Source: Botryllus schlosseri
Lineage: Eukaryota
Length of the DNA stretch: 64,000 nt
Assembly (NCBI GenBank): GCA_051294905.1
Contig: CM119371.1
Location: 33,110,001 to 33,174,000, forward strand
Direction: 5' to 3'
In this document: positions 62,392 to 64,000 of the stretch, piece after piece
How positions within the stretch are numbered: position 1 is the first letter of the stretch
How the letters are laid out: each line of letters begins with the position of its first letter
Notes under the pieces: generated by a model
What the model was told of the DNA's origin: nothing
The model's database searches: none
What the model saw: only the letters and a program-made list of their open reading frames with translations
Program-made: the position numbers and the translations under genes

Positions 62392-62733
62392 CCTTATATC
62401 GAATCACCACTGTTCCAAGTTATTTTATTGGTCGCAATATAGAGCGGGTCATTAGTCAATCGAAACGAAATTCAACGCGCTTTACACAGTTAAAAGCGAA
62501 ACGAAAAAACAGGAAAATGAGTTATCTGACCTAAAGCTAGGGACACATGTTCGCGTGAAAGTGATCGCCTACCTTTTTGAAACGCTCTCAGGGGGCAACT
62601 TCCCCTCTCGACGGGCCGGATATAAGAAAATTAAGTACTTGGCAAGCCGGATTTCTGAATCGTTGCACTAATCTCATATTCATCCACCTGTACAAGTGAT
62701 ATATCGTAGTTAACGTACGTTTTAGGTTTAGAG

Positions 62734-63573
62734 CAGTGCTTCTCAACCCTTTTTTACTTCACGGCACCCTTTGAAAATGAAAATTAGGTCACGGCATACC
62801 AAGGCTATGGAGCTGGTAAAAATGTTAAACTGCCCCCGCTCCGTCATAATTACTCTTACCGACTGTCGAAAACGTCATAGTCGCATGAGAATTCACTCCA
62901 CGTCATTGCTGCGTACCGCATCAAAACACGCTCGTTACTAGTCGGTCCGGTGTCGATCAAGTTTACTGGAAATATAAAGTTTCCTTCAGCAGAACCAAAT
63001 AAATGCAGAACTAGTACCACTAAGAATCTGGTGTGCCGTGCACCGTATTAGTAACTAATTGAACTATACACATTACGTGACAATTGAGGAATACGACTGA
63101 TTGAAGGAGGCAGGAATAAATGCACAGAACAGATAATTACATACGGGAGAGCACGCATTCAATCACTAATTCCTCTCTATTATATCCAACACCATGGGGT
63201 TCGGGCATCGAATTGACTAGCTCGCACCGCGAAAATTGTTGACGGACTATAACGGCGTTCTGGAATGCGTTTCTCTATTTACGTTCGCAGATCATTACAG
63301 CAATACACGATCATGCGCAGGCTTGAATGACAATTCGTAGGCACACACAAAAACACACTGTTGAATTTCGCCGCATGATTAAAAAGCTATCACCAAAGAA
63401 CGGGCAGTTGGTCGTCTGCGGTTACACCTCAAGATCGACATGTACAAGTGCAGTCACGTTTAGGCTATCCTTTGTCGTCCCTTCATTTAATTCAGTGTTT
63501 CTCAACCTTTTTCTCATCGTGTGCAACTTGTTTTGACCACTTTGGTACGTATGCCACAGTTTGAGAAGCACTG
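62734..63573. mobile_element. hAT-type MITE(s)
   Basis: CAGTGCTTCTCAA at 62734 and TTGAGAAGCACTG at 63573; extra left end at ~63493; no matching TSD. Confidence 0.55.
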
Positions 63574-64000
63574 GCTGATTACGCATTAGTTAATTCGCTT
63601 AGCTCACATAGGCGCCAGTCCCATTTTGTGAAATACATAGTTATCCATAGTTTTTGAAGCCCTCTCTTGGCCATCTGTGTTGTTCTGATGACGAAATTGC
63701 GGGTATGACGAATAACCACGTACCATAATATATAGTAATGCACAGCATATCTCTCATACCCAGGCTTACCGCTTTATATATGAACTTCAACAATTTGAAC
63801 ATGCATAGTTTAAAATAGGTGGCGCCAATGAGCCAACAATTCTTAATTTTTTGAACGTTTACCGTAATATTTTTTTTAATTAATCCAAAATTATTAGCAT
63901 AGCATCTCGGAGCCAGAGCCGGAGTTTGAGTCGGTTGTTTGAAAAGCAGCTCCAGCTCGGAGATGTTATGCTAATAATTCTGGCTGCCTCACTTGCCTCC

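Overview
Eukaryotic, AT-rich, transposon-saturated window from an invertebrate animal; the host introns that can be delimited are often about 60 bp, and the species cannot be identified from sequence alone. Most short ORFs in the track are noise. Much of the window is nested hAT-type MITEs with 8-bp TSDs, plus decayed Harbinger, hAT, Kolobok-like, Chapaev3-like, I-group LINE, CR1/L2-type, Penelope-like (with minimal hammerhead ribozymes) and SINE sequences. Removing the insertions and splicing by eye reveals four host-derived remnants. (1) A roughly 24-kb, + strand, multi-exon pseudogene (about 21301-45300) with apparent architecture CARD-like x2, caspase-like domain lacking catalytic motifs, coiled coil, then two tandem SMUG1/uracil-DNA-glycosylase-like domains with altered active sites; this is the main candidate for an undescribed system. 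(2) A STING-like (possibly TIR-STING) exon carried inside a hAT-type non-autonomous element (56776-61586). (3) An open PSMB7-like exon with catalytic Thr1 replaced by Ala. (4) Several very decayed rhodopsin-type GPCR remnants. All protein-family calls come from manual translation and remembered motifs, not from database searches.
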